Source of the DNA: Podarcis melisellensis
Lineage: Eukaryota
DNA length: 64,000 bases
Direction: 5' to 3' (one strand)
Assembly: GCA_964234715.1 (NCBI GenBank)
Contig: OZ174280.1
Within the stretch, counting starts at the first letter, position 1. Each line of letters starts with the position of its first letter. The position numbers and the translations under genes were made by a program. A model generated the notes under the pieces. That model was not told where the DNA came from and made no database searches. It worked only from the letters and a program-made list of their open reading frames with translations. This document shows positions 37,436 to 50,175 of this stretch, in pieces.

Positions 37436-38324
37436 TAGCAGCTGCTGCTTAAGATGAATTATAGTGCTGCAAGACATTGCCCAGGTTTTTGTTACATGCA
37501 CTGGGCAGTTTTCCACACTGCTGGTTGCATGACTGAGCTCTGAACTGCAAGTGGAAAGATCAACACTGCTTTCAAAACAAGATTGCAAAAGTGCACGGAG
37601 TTTTGTACAACCACACCACTATGTTGCTTGAACGGTGGGTGCTGTGTTTACTTATCCAACTAATCCTGATGTGGACCATCCATAGTTCTCAGATGGCCAG
37701 CAGCTGTTGGATGTGCTCATACTATAACGGCACAAGGACTTCCTCCTCACACGATGAGATGAATAGCAAAGACCACTGCTGCAAAAATTACTCTTCATCT
37801 CCGTAATGTTTCTCCACACCCGAGAGAAGTGAGCTGAGAAGTAACTGCTGTGGGAGCAGCCCACTATAGAGGTGGATCTGCTCCAAGCATCAACCTGTAG
37901 GCACAGCAGCCTCTGGCCTTTCTTCACAACCTTTTGAGTGGTTATGCCTGGCTGGAAGGTGTCCTTGAACTCTGATCTCCTGCTCGCTTTGATGGACAAC
38001 AGAGAATTGTGTGTGAGCGTGTGTAGAAACTAGCCCAGTATAAAAAACACCCATTGCTCCACCTACTTTTTCCTCTGGCTTCACCCACCATTACCACGTG
38101 GCCCTTTGGAAGGCGACCCAGAAGAGGATGCAGCCGTTGGGGTCCCCACCCCCACCCCTGCTGCACCACACATGGCTAGAGGGATCTCTTCCCAATCTCC
38201 CTTGCAAAGGCCTGGGAGCGACTAAACAGCCAGTCACCTATGCAAAAAATAGCTTCAACTGACCAGGTAGTGGAACTCTTGTGAACTGGAAGAATTATTC
38301 TTCTTCTGTCAGCTTTCCCATGTA

Positions 38325-38751
38325 CAGTGGTACCTTGGGTTAAGTACTTAATTCATTGTGGAGGTCCGTTCTTAACCTGAAACTGTTCTTAACCTGAAGC
38401 ACCACTTTAGCTAATGGGGCCTCCTGCTGCCACTGCGCCGCCAGAGCACAATTTCTGTTCTTGTCCTGAAGCAAAGTTCTTAACCTGAAACACTATTTCT
38501 GGGTTAGGAGGAGTCTCAAAGCGGCTAACAATCTCCTTTCCCTTCCTCCCCCACAACAAACACTGTGAGGTGAGTGAGGCTGAGAGACTTCAGAGAAATG
38601 TGATTGGCCCAAGGTCACCCAGCAGCTGCATGTGGAGGAGCGGAGACGCGAACCCGGTTCACCAGATTACGAGTCCACCGCTCTTAACCACACCACCACA
38701 CTGGCTCTATGCGTATGTAACCTGAAGCGTATGTAACCCAAGGTACCACTG
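38325..38751. mobile_element. Tc1/mariner-type MITE containing a SINE
   Basis: Perfect 18-bp TIR cagtggtaccttgggtta / taacccaaggtaccactg; TA on both sides; internal taacctgaa repeats. Confidence 0.9.
38509..38708 (-). mobile_element. Young tRNA-derived SINE (Squam3-like), 3' tail missing
   Basis: Minus strand agagccagtgtggtggtgtggttaagagcggtggactcgtaatctggtgaaccgggttcg (A/B boxes)...ttagccgctttgagactcc; CpGs retained. Confidence 0.85.
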
Positions 38752-39814
38752 TACCTTCCCTGCATATATTTGCAACTTGTATAGCTGAAACAATATCCCG
38801 CACAGAGATTCCTGGGCCAGGATTCGCAGAACTATACCACAGGCAATCCCAAAGAGCTGGTATATTTTCCTTTGTTTCAAAAGCAGATTAATGAAACTCT
38901 TTTTCAGGAATGGCTTGCTGTGGAGAAAGGAGCTGTGTCGTTGGAGAAGTCCAAAGCTCCCAGAGGTGAGCAAAAGTAGGTCACAACACCCTTAGATAGC
39001 AACTTCTTCCACAAGTATGACGATGCCACCCTGAAGGCAGTAATCCAGGCTTCCTCCACTGACAATCACATGGGTACAGCCATACCTCACAGATCACAAC
39101 AGCGCAAGCCTTTTCGGGCGAACGGTGTCAAACTCAACACCACTGCGGGTTCATTTTCTGCTTCTTGTGAGCAGCTAGCAGGAAGGACCACTGAGGACTT
39201 TTGCTGTTTTAAAAACACACGGTAGTTTTTCTGGAGGTCTGCTTATAGCCCTTATTTCTAGGAGCTTTAGAACTGCTGCCACCGTCTTGAATGTCCTGTT
39301 TTTCTACCTAAAGCAAAGGACAAGATGGCACACACAAACAAGCACTCTACTCCACGTTCACAAGCAGCTTATTATCTCGTTATCTCAACACTGCCAATGG
39401 GACAGTGTCCTCCTTTCAAGGGCAGGAGTTTGGGTTACTTCCAACAGAAGGAAACAGCTTGGAGAGCTGCTGCCCCCAAAGATCTGCCACCTGAGGCAGC
39501 TGTCTCATTCTGTCTAATAGTAGAGCTGGATTTGCTGTTCCTCCATTGTCTGATATTGTACTGTTCTCAAGCTACTTTTCTTATGTATTTTCAATATTGA
39601 CTGAACAGGATAATAATGTCTTAAAAACGAATGTGGCGGCAGGAGCCTGGAATCCAACACACCTATAACCTTTGTGACAAGCAGTTAGCTGTGTCTTCAG
39701 AATAACGAACGCAGCCGATGACCATAGACTACACCCCAAGCCATCTCTTCCGGAACCACTGCAGGCACGAGAGTCAGAAGACAGCTGCTACGAGAGTAAC
39801 AAACAGCAAGGGAC

Positions 39815-41790
39815 TGAAATCAAATGTTTATATTTATTACAGCATGGGGGGAAAGGGAGAGGAGAGGGTCTTGATTCATCTTTTAAAAACCACCCCGAAC
39901 CAATGAAGACAATAATTTAGCTATCACTTTAATACAATGAAACCTGTCAGTTATTCTTTAAAAAAAATAGAAAGGGTGCTGCATTAGCAATGGGACAAAT
40001 TGGTTTGCCGGTTTATCCCCCCCGCCACCCCGCTTTTAAATATTTTCTTGACTGAGAGACCAACCATTTGTCAACCCCACCCCCCATCATATTTCTACAG
40101 AGAAAACACAATTAAAATGCCTAAGAAAAAGGCAAACATTAAAAAAAGTCATCGTACTACTAAAAAAGTTTGTCAATTCACATAGTTTTTGTTTTCAGTC
40201 AGAATAATAAAAAGCCAATGTTTCCCCCCAAAAAAACCAAACAAAAAAAAAAAATTCGTTAAGGGGTGCGGAAAAAAGACATCCCTTTAATAAAACATTA
40301 TCAACAAATATCGTACACAAACTACAATGTATAATAATTACTTTTCTTTTCCCTCGCTTAATTTTAGAACCAGACTACAAGGTAAGAAAAAACACTGAAA
40401 CAAGATACAATGTTCTCAAGAATCCGCACAAAGGTAGGTAAATCCAGGGGAAGATAATATTTTACATAATATGAAATACATAGATCAGAAGTGAAGTTTT
40501 TTCTTCTTTTTATATAAAACAAAGACCAGCTACAAGGGAGTGTAATGTACAGAGATCCCAAGACTTGCGAGTTTCACTATACATTGTATGCTTTTCTGTA
40601 GTCACCTCTACCATGAGAAGGTAAGGTTTTTTTTTTTTAATTTTGCTTTTAATTACAGAGTAAGAGAGAGAGAGAGAGCCTACAGAATAGCAAGTATACA
40701 TTTTAACAACAATAATTACTTAAAAATATCTCCATCCAGTTTCAGAGCATATACAGTGAAACCCTAATAAGATCACATCATTTCATTAAAACAAAAAAAA
40801 CAAATGTTAAGAAGTTTGCGCTCACAGTTTTCGTGTCCCAGGTCAAGTTTTTAACCCCTTTCCCTTTCAATTCTGGTGGACCAACACCTCCCCAACATAA
40901 AAAATAAAATGCCATGTACCCTAACCCCACCTACCCCCCCACCCACCCCCAGGAATTTTTGACACTTTAAAAGTTTTGCAAAAGGGGAGTTAATAACATT
41001 TCTTTGTAATTTGGGGAGAAGGACAAGGGAGGGGACTAATACAGTGCATGCCACAGTCACAGATACCAAGATCACAATTAAAAGTTTTGGAGGATGTGAT
41101 CCTACAAGGGGGCCAAGCTGCATTACGCAACTGAGAATGAGGCAGAAGAAATCTGTTCCACTTGGATCTTCCTTGCTGGAGAATGTTTTGTGCTGCAAAA
41201 CATCAAATGCGGGGGGGGGGGGGCAAAAACCAACCAAAACAAAAAGAAGTTGGGGGGGGGGGAGAGGGAGGAAGTGGTCTTCCGAACAAAACCCACCAAT
41301 TTATATATATAAAAACCAAACTCTCCAGTTTTATTAATTATTTTAAAATGGCTACAGAGACAACATGAGATTTCATACCTAGACTAGCTTCCTTGCGTAG
41401 CACAGCACAAACATACAACAGGTTTAAAAGAATAATCAAGCAAAGGAGGTTGGAAATCGGGTGCTAGAGGCTTTTGTTTTGTTTCCAAAAAAAAAAAAAT
41501 CAACAAAAAAGTGTCATGTACATAGAATAAACCCTTCTTCTGCAGAAGGATCTGGTCATGTCTTGAAATATTTTAAAGATTTGTCCTTCATTGTTTTATG
41601 GAATAAAAAGTTCAGCCTTTTTATTGCATGAAACTAAAAATCAGGGGTGGGTCTCCCCCCGGCTCTCTGCATGTCTCCCTGCCAAACACACCTAGATTCT
41701 CTTCTTGCATAATTTCTTGAGATCCTCCAAATGGCAGCCGACTTTTTCTTTATCCTGGAGAAGAGGATGCGGGGTGAGGGAGGAGGGAAA
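39815..41790 (-). other. SSBP3: SSBP3 3'UTR (approximate distal end)
   Basis: U-rich, TE-free ~2 kb after the stop; AATAAA on minus strand at 41620-41625, 41330-41335 and 39833-39838. Confidence 0.65.
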
Positions 41791-41820
41791 TCACACACTC
41801 ATCGTCATGCTGGGAGAATA
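41791..41820 (-). CDS. SSBP3: SSBP3 last coding exon (stop TGA)
   Basis: gcccag|YSPSMTMSV*; characteristic SSBP2/3/4 C-terminus; synteny with MRPL37/CYB5RL points to SSBP3. Confidence 0.95.
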   Translation of the reverse strand, partial: YSPSMTMSV

Positions 41821-43396
41821 CTGGGCGGTTGGGAGGGAAACGGGGAGGGGGCGGAGAAAGAGAGAAATCACAGCGTTAGAGTGAGGCAAGAACAAGACCA
41901 AAATGCTAAATGTTGCGGAAGCTGAGGAAATGAGATATGAAAGAGATGTGGGCTTATGAAAACTATAAAGCAACGTAATTGGCTTCAATAAATCAGGAGG
42001 GCTAGAATATGCTAAAGACTAATTTATCAGGACATAATCGCTCCCATTTCCCCAAACCACAGTTTGCCAAACTGGGGGGTAAAGGAGAGTTTAATAATAA
42101 TAAAAAAAGCCTAAACAGTATGTGGCAGAACACAATTAAAAAAAAAAAATTCCAAATGTATATAATGATAAATACAGTGCCAGTTTACAGTCTTTTATAG
42201 GAAACATACTGTGTTTCATTTCAAGGCGCCACTGCATGTAATAAAGTACCACTGGTAGAACTAACTCATCAGGAGCATTAGGACCTCTTGTATGGACGTA
42301 TTCAACTAAAGGAGGCAGGCAGCTTTCCTAGCCCTTCCCCTTTGCTCATCTAAATTTTGACTGGGAATTGTGAAGGGCAGGGCAGGGCTCAGTCTTTGGC
42401 ATATGCTACTATTCAAAACATGGATATACATGGCTGGTGCAACAGCCATCAACTGAGACTACTCCTGGGTAGAACTCTGTCCCCACAGGACCCCTCACAG
42501 GAGGAAAGGGGGGAAGCCACTGCAGATTCTTCCTCTCCCCCTCCCACCCTGGAAAGTTTCTCCAGATGACACTGCAGAACAAGGGGGAGGGCAGGATGAG
42601 GTCTTCCTCTAGTGAGCAGGAGGAATCCTTCTATTTAGATGCTTCACATTCACTGAAATCACTGTTATGGAAACAGCATGAAATGGACATGTAGACTGCC
42701 AGATGTGATCTCACTCACTGACATATACAGTGCTTGGAAGCCATACATATTAATTTGCTGCTTGCCTGCTGACTGTAATCATGTTTCGAAGTGGTAACTA
42801 CATTGCTGGGTGGTCCAACTTAATAACCCATGGCTTGCTGATCAAACCAGGATGACCCTCACAAATGAGTCAAGTAACCATGGCTTGTGCTGTCCAATGT
42901 TGGCTTCATTTTCTGACTGCTCCTGCCTCTTGTTTTGTAGGCATAGCTTCATAAGCCAGCTGAAAGCCATGGTTTCACAGTCTGGTTTGTTGGCCACGGC
43001 AAACCATAATTAGTTGGCTGGAGTGGGTGGTTCAGAGATGCAAGCAAAGCACAGTTAAGCTAAGCAAATCATAGCTTAGCAAGACAAGCAAACCATGGTT
43101 TCTTTTCTCTATTTTAATCGCCTCGGTTTGGAACCCTTTATACCTTTTGTCTTTGAAAGGTATGTCACGTCTCAATGTGCCGTACTGTGTACCTTTTCCA
43201 AGTTTTGTCAGCTCCAAAGCCGCCTTTTCTCTATGTCTAGTTCCCTCCCCCCCCTTTTATGATCACATAACACCCCCTCCCTCTCCCCTCTCTGCACATA
43301 TCAATGATTCCTTCCCAGAAATAGCTTGAAAGAGCCTAACAGGCTCTGTGATTCAAACCCCGGTTAGCATGAAGAGTTGGTGTAAGGATGACTCAC

Positions 43397-43498
43397 ATTG
43401 TCATTCTGGAAGGAATGGAGGAAGTTGCCTCCCAGTTCACCATCATCTCGTGGAGTGCCGGGAGGATTGCTAATGCCACTTATGTTGTTTGGAGAATT
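43397..43498 (-). CDS. SSBP3: SSBP3 penultimate exon
   Basis: ctgcag|[34 protein letters not shown]|gtgagt; 102 nt. Confidence 0.95.
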
Positions 43499-43892
43499 CT
43501 GCAGGTTTTTTTTTGTTTTGAAAAGAAACAAAAGACCACACAGAGATACACATGCAAGAAGTGAGTGTGTGCCTTTTCGAGTATGCTGCGTACTAGCAAC
43601 TGCAACAAAAACATATTGTTCTACAATGGAAAAAAGATCACACGGGTAGCTAAATATATATGAGAAAATGACTTGTGTTTGATGACTCCCTCACAGGGCT
43701 AAGAGCAAAAGGGGGGGGAGAGGGAGAAAATGTCCTTGCGCTGGTGAGCAGAGGGCAGAAAAGAAGGGTAGAGCTTCAGGTCTCCCTCCCTGCCCCTGCC
43801 CCCAGGGTCCCATATTAACCCCCCAACATAGTTGTTATTTTGTCCATGAAAGCAAGAAAAGAAGACGGCCCAGTCTAAGAATGCAGACTTAC

Positions 43893-43921
43893 TTTTGGAA
43901 GTCCATCTATGTCTCCTGACC
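43893..43921 (-). CDS. SSBP3: SSBP3 internal micro-exon
   Basis: cgcaag|(G)SGDIDGLPK|gtaagt; 29 nt. Confidence 0.92.
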
Positions 43922-45236
43922 CTTGCGAAAGAAGAACAAAAGAAAGGAAAGAAAGGAAGGTAGGCTGTTAGTGGGGGATAGCCGATTTCCTTGTCGTCGT
44001 CCCCCCCCCCCATCAGCTCTCCCCACTCTCCCACCCCCGTTCTGCACCAAAGTGTCCGGTTCCTGAACCATCATCCAGAAATAAGACGCGGCTGCAAAAA
44101 GCTCCGCCTTGGCCTTCCCGGAAGCAGCTGGCAGTACATTAGTGAGCTGCAGGTCACAGCTGGGCTAATGCAAACCTCTTAACATTTGCCTCCAGAAAGG
44201 GACATGCTGGGGTTGCCTCAGCTGCCATTCCTTTGCATGCAGAACTCCCGGGAGCAGAGCCCCGGCTCACCTTCCTGCACGGCACTAGAGTAATGGCCTA
44301 ATCGAGTTGCTACGGCCTCGGCTCCCTCCCGCGAGCTTCGTGACACTGATCAAGATGGAGTATAGCACCTCTACTTCAGCAAGATGTATAAGGCAAACAT
44401 AGGAGGTTAATGGGTCTTTCTGCTGCTTTAATTAAAACACTCGTGCCACGGTTAGGTTGATGCTGCCGCTTCGCCTTTATCCATCAACAGAAGCCTGGCA
44501 AAGCCTGTGACCAGCAGTCCCTGCTCCCTGGCTACTTTCCTACGCTGAGTGTGTTAGGAATGGCCAAGCCCTCACAAGACTGGGCTTTGCAGATTACCAG
44601 CACTGAGCCAAGTCCCCAAAGCTCTGGAAACAAACAGGATCCGCACCACAAAAACAAATGCCGAAAGCACACATCAGCCAACAGGCAGAGCCCTAGGAGC
44701 TCTGAGGACAGGAAGCATCTGCTACAGAATTTTGCAGAGTATCAGGACAAAGGCCCCGGGTGTCGAGTCTAGCTAGGACTAGGGTCACCCCACCGCCTTT
44801 GCAAGGGGTCCTTGCAAGAACCGATACCTGTACTAATCCCTGATTCAAACATTTCCCCCCTAGAGTGCAATGCTGGGTGACTGCTCTTTTAATTTCAACC
44901 ATACACCCGAAGTAACCCTACACCAGGGTCACTGCAAAAAGCAACAATCAAAGCAATTTGTGGTTTGCTGCATGTCCTCCCAGGGTTCTGTACCAAGGGC
45001 ACTCTAATTCTGGACCCAAACAGATTATAACATATCTTAAACTTAAATTCTGCATTCCCACATTAACATAAAGCAATGTTTTCAGCCAGGAACAAGTACA
45101 TGAACGTGTTTGTGATTGCACATCCTATACAGTTAAAATGACAAAGTGCACAACTAGAACTCATTTTATCACTGCTGGTTCTGGGATGTCCCATGAGAAG
45201 ATAGTTCAAAAACGCTGAATATTGCTGAAGACTTAC

Positions 45237-45315
45237 CTAATGAGCCATTCATGTGATGCGGCTCCATCCCACCCATGCCCCCCATTGGGCCATCTGAGCC
45301 AGGTCCCATGGGGAA
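45237..45315 (-). CDS. SSBP3: SSBP3 internal exon
   Basis: (tttc)n-tcag|[26 protein letters not shown](G)|gtaagt; 79 nt. Confidence 0.94.
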
Positions 45316-45318
45316 CTG

Positions 45319-45320
<2 letters not shown>

Positions 45321-45404
<84 letters not shown>
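45321..45404 (+). repeat. (AAAG)21 microsatellite
   Basis: Perfect tetranucleotide array abutting an SSBP3 splice acceptor. Confidence 0.97.
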
Positions 45405-45405
<1 letters not shown>

Positions 45406-47105
45406 GCTGTCAGTTACGACACATCACTCATGTTTTAAATATCCAACATACAATAATATTAGCTTGTATGTCTATTGGCGGAACACCAATGGCAGCAATG
45501 CTCTGCAAACCCAGTTTTCTGAATTCTGCTTAAAACACAAAATAATGAAAAGTTCTTTAGGAAACAACAGTTTGCACTGAAAACCCACCATCGCCCACTG
45601 GGTATGTGTCTTCCAAATTGAGGAGGTTTGATACACACCCTCTCTCTTCGAAGAAGCCATTGATCTATTACATCTTGTACCACTCCTGTGGGCAGCCTCA
45701 ATCCTGACAAGGAAGTTACGGGGAACTCTGCTCTTCTCTTTTGGATCAAAGTGGATAGCCAAATGGAGCAGCTGCTGTCCAGCCTAACACATGGTTGTCT
45801 GGGCATCTGATACTGTTGGATGGTCTATGGCCGGCCATACCACAACTACTGTGCTTTTCAGCTGTGCAGAAATTTTGCTGCCACCCTCTACTTCAGCACC
45901 ATGTGTGGGCAATCTGGAACCCTTCGACCACAAACTACTACTATATGAAGGGTCCATATAAAAGCCATCTCCAACTTGCCATGTGCAAACTGAGGGAGGA
46001 ATTCAACATAGCATTAAGCAAATTGTTCCGTTAGCTTGTGTGATATAATGAATGCTCTGCCTTCTCTTCCCCCTGCAGGTGCTTCTGGGTGTTTTCCTGA
46101 TCCCCACAGAGCCAGTTTTGTGGGCACAGGAGGAGGAGAGGGAGAAAAGCTAGCGTAAGTCCATACATGGGCTTCTGCTGGTGGGGCCCATTTGCTGAAT
46201 CCTGCCCTTAAGTGACAGAAGTAGTGCAAGAGGTGGAGGTTCTAATAACATGACTAATCCAGGCCTCTGAAATCTCATCTGCCAAAATGTTTCAGTTGCC
46301 AGTCAAGATTTCTTTAGGCTCCATGTCATCTAATTGTACCCCTGCCTTTCATCCACGTTACACAGGGAAGCACACACTGGATTCCTTGACAGTTTTCTAT
46401 CCAAATACTGGCTAGGACCAGATTTCTTTAGCTTCAATGGATTAAGCCACAGCACCTGTATTTAGACCCCAGTTGTTTTTTATTCTTGCAACCATCAGTT
46501 TGCTACTCCTAACATCCCATGAATTAAAACCCTGAGATTTAAGTGTTTGCTCCTCCTCTGCCTCCTCTCTGTTCTGTATTCCATCCTCTTTGGACAACGT
46601 TTTCTGAGAAACGGACAGGACACACTTTAAACAATCATCCAGCTACTGGAGTTTAGACTAGTTCAGAATGAAAAACTAGGTCTGAACATAGTAGTATTCA
46701 GAAAAGAGCTGCCCTTCCCCAATAAGAGCTTCCTATCTGAAATATTGGCCTGGCATTGTCCTGAAGACAAAAATCTGGCAGGTAATCTTAACAGAATCTC
46801 TTTGAGATCAGCTTGAGTAAAAGGTGAAGAAAGGCCCGGGCGTCAGCTGTGTCTCCTTTAAATGCAACCCCGCTAACCAGCAATGTGCGTGACAATCTTG
46901 ACCAGAGCTGCGTGAACGCCGCTGTTTTAATAAGCGTAAAAAATTAACAAAGTCGCTGAAGAGTTAATCACTTTTTGATGGTTTGTTTTATTTCTGTTTT
47001 GTAACAAATGGCTGAAATCAATTAAACTGCTTTACCCTCAACTGATGAAGTTAATTATGATTTGTTATGGTATCTGATATGTAAATTATTAGAAAGCAGA
47101 CTTAC

Positions 47106-47176
47106 ATTCGACCGACTGCCTCCAGGCGGTACGGGATTAATCATTGTGTAGATGTTGTCACTTGAATTTGTCGAAT
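47106..47176 (-). CDS. SSBP3: SSBP3 internal exon
   Basis: ctacag|(D)STNSSDNIYTMINPVPPGGSRSN|gtaagt; 71 nt. Confidence 0.94.
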
Positions 47177-48875
47177 CTGTAGAACAGTGAAACCCACTAA
47201 GTCAGGGTGATTAATTCATTTCTTAATTAAAACAAACTCATGCCACTTGAACTCATTCTTTTGTATTTTATCACCTAAAATTCTCTCTAAGTACCACCAT
47301 TTTCTGGCTAATTTGTATTTAATGAAGATTCACAAAGTTTTTAATCACAGAAATTCAACTGTGAAAAGAATTCTGCTACTAACCGAGAATATTGGGGCTT
47401 TCTTGCCAGGAGAGGTGTAGAAAGATAATTTGCTGCCATGTGTCGCATAACACCTCAAAATTAGCTGATGCAATTATCTTACTACAACATCATATTTCAT
47501 CTTTAAAAAAATAACAAAATACATGGATGACATTTAGTCACAATATTTTTATTTTTTTAAAAAAACAACAACAGAAAACCCAATATTTTTCTTAATAATG
47601 AAAGCACTACGAGACAAATGCTTAATTGAAGGGCAGAATACAAACAAAAATACACAAATTACAAGCAGGCCATGGTGACAGGAGAGAGAGAGAGGGAGGA
47701 GTGGTGCCTACATTAACATATGGATTGTTTTATTATGACCTAGTCTGAAATGTAGGTCAGAGTTCTCATATAAATGCAAGAGCAGGAAGGCAGTGGTAAT
47801 ACTACACTGAAGCTCCACCCCTGCAGCTGTGGTACACGAGAGTTACACGCGGCATGGCTTACCTCCCCAGAGCCACCACTCCCCCCGCTTTTATTCTTGC
47901 CACCGACACATGCAATGTATAGTAAATCACCCTTGCAGGCCTATCAGGAATATTCACCAGCCCCGACACTGACACACACTCACTCTTTCTCCCCTCCCAC
48001 TTTACTACGAGGGAAATACACAAAGGGGGGAAGGGAATTTTACTCAGCCTCCTGGGGAGTGAGCACCGTTTTACAAAGTGGAATTCACTCCCAGTACAAA
48101 TATGGCAACACACAACATTGACCCTGACAACAAAAAGAGATTTGTGTAGGCCTTCCTGGTGCTAATATTGGGCAACCCAAGAACAGAACAGCCCTAAAGA
48201 AGTTGGGTTTTTTTTTTTTTTAAAGGTGGGTGGGACTGGCTTAAAAACAACAACAACAACCCTCTTTAAACTTGTTTGGATATCTGGAGAATGTTCCTAG
48301 TTAACTTCTACAAATCCACCCCTCCCACAAATGATTTTTCCTCATTTACCAACATAAAAATAGGTTTTTAAAAAATTACCGACACCTCTCCCAACGTGTC
48401 AAATTTCACATGGATAATTCATCAAGGGACGCAGCGACCTCTTTCACATGGCTTACTGGGAGCTCAAGGCCGAAGTACGGTGCATGCTGCCTCCCACCCC
48501 TCAGGAAAGGCTTTTGGTGCAGCCAAATCTCCCACTAACCCCATTTCTCATACCCCTCTTGCGGGGCTCCCTCATGTTTTAAGCCCTGGCATAATAAAAG
48601 CCATCAGCACATGGCTGGCAGCGAGGGCAGGGAAAGAGGAACGGAAGACAAAACCTCTCCCTTTGAAAAGAGTCGGGTTGCTATACAGCAGCTGCGCCCA
48701 ATCAATAGCCAAACCGTGCATTGGTGGCATGCAGATTGTTGCTGTTGCGACCTTAAATAAAATCCAGCAGCAAAGGTAACCTGCTAAGCTAACCCAACCA
48801 TTACCGGGCTCTCAATTCTCTTTTTAAAAAAATAAAAAATGGGGGGAAATTAGTGCTGCTTTCTTTCACCCTTAC

Positions 48876-48930
48876 CTGCAGGGCTAGGCATGATAGGTGT
48901 TCCAGGAGGACCTCCGCCACCAGGGGGCCC
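48876..48930 (-). CDS. SSBP3: SSBP3 internal exon
   Basis: caacag|GPPGGGGPPGTPIMPSPA(D)|gtaagg; 55 nt. Confidence 0.94.
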
Positions 48931-49744
48931 CTGTTGACAAGATTAAATACACATCAGGAACCACTGTGATAACACAGCCTGCAATAGGTCAGCCAGATCC
49001 TGCTGCTGTCAGCAACAATGTCTCACCTTGGTATTCAGCCAAGCATTAATCTCCTGCTAAAACCTTTGATGCACTCTTGTAGCCAAAGTGCAATTTCTTT
49101 GTTTAAGCCTCGGGAAAAATGAAGGTTTTACTGAGGAGTGGGGGGGGGGGGAGACATCTGTGCAAGGACCACATACCAAGTCTATCTGCCAGGGTAGTTA
49201 ACAGGGGGCATTCTTTCTATAACCTTCACATCTGCAGAAGGTGCAAACAGAAACGGGCAACTTAGAACGCTGCAAAGTACTTCTTGGATGTGCCAATGGG
49301 ATGATCCAGAACGACTAGAGGAGTGTGCATTCAAAGTTCTCCACCGACACGCGAATTGTAATCACCGTGCGAAACTTCAGAAATGCGTTCTCGAGACCCC
49401 TTAAACACAGTTACGCCACCACTGCATCATTCGCACAGCTGGGGTCGCTAAGGGATTTCTTTCCATACTTTTGAGGCATGTTCAAGACTGGGGGGTGGGG
49501 CTTTTATCATGCTTTATTCACACTGTCTGGAGGAACAGAAAGGGGCTTCCTCAGAAACCACGTAGCTCAGACATTTTAGGATTCTTGGCCTAAACGCAGA
49601 AGCGAATACACAAGACACAGAACCAAGTCTCTGCAGGCACTTGTATCCTAAGACAGGATTCCTAGTGGTATGCACGCAAACACCAAAATATCGAATCGTA
49701 TGGTGGACCGGCACGTCATGACCCATAAAGAAATATAAACCTAC

Positions 49745-49780
49745 CACGTATGTACCAGGCGATGAAGAAGAGTATGGAAT
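49745..49780 (-). CDS. SSBP3: SSBP3 internal exon
   Basis: ttgcag|IPYSSSSPGTYV|gtaggt; 36 nt. Confidence 0.93.
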
Positions 49781-50081
49781 CTGCAAGATCAGAGCATAGG
49801 CATTACTTGATGAAATATACCAACTGTACAGGGAAATAAATCCTACAGGTGATGACTGTAGGCCAAGAGTGCATACAAATAAATTTATTATTATTATTGA
49901 ATTTATATACCGCCCTATACCTGGAGGTCTCAACAACTGTTACCTGTGTCCAGGAGATGGACGCAATACATACAACCCAGATAACATAATTTCAGTCTTA
50001 CTGGTTTTTTTAAAATGTTCAGAGAACCCAATATAGGAGCAGAGGGACACTGGAGCACATCCCACCATCCCACTGAGAAGG

Positions 50082-50175
50082 CATAGCGGTCAACTTATCC
50101 CTTTTCTTGCGAGGAGTCCTATTCTGAATAAGGGAATTTCCCCTATTCGGAATAAGGGAAACGTTGACAGCTATG
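50082..50175. mobile_element. 94-bp MITE (same family as 12289-12378)
   Basis: TIRs catagcggtcaac / gttgacagctatg; flanks ctgagaagg / ctgggaagg. Confidence 0.8.

Noticed and set aside
45222-45533. 103-aa ORF with ERKK repeats
   Set aside because: Translation of the AAAG microsatellite, antisense to an SSBP3 exon.
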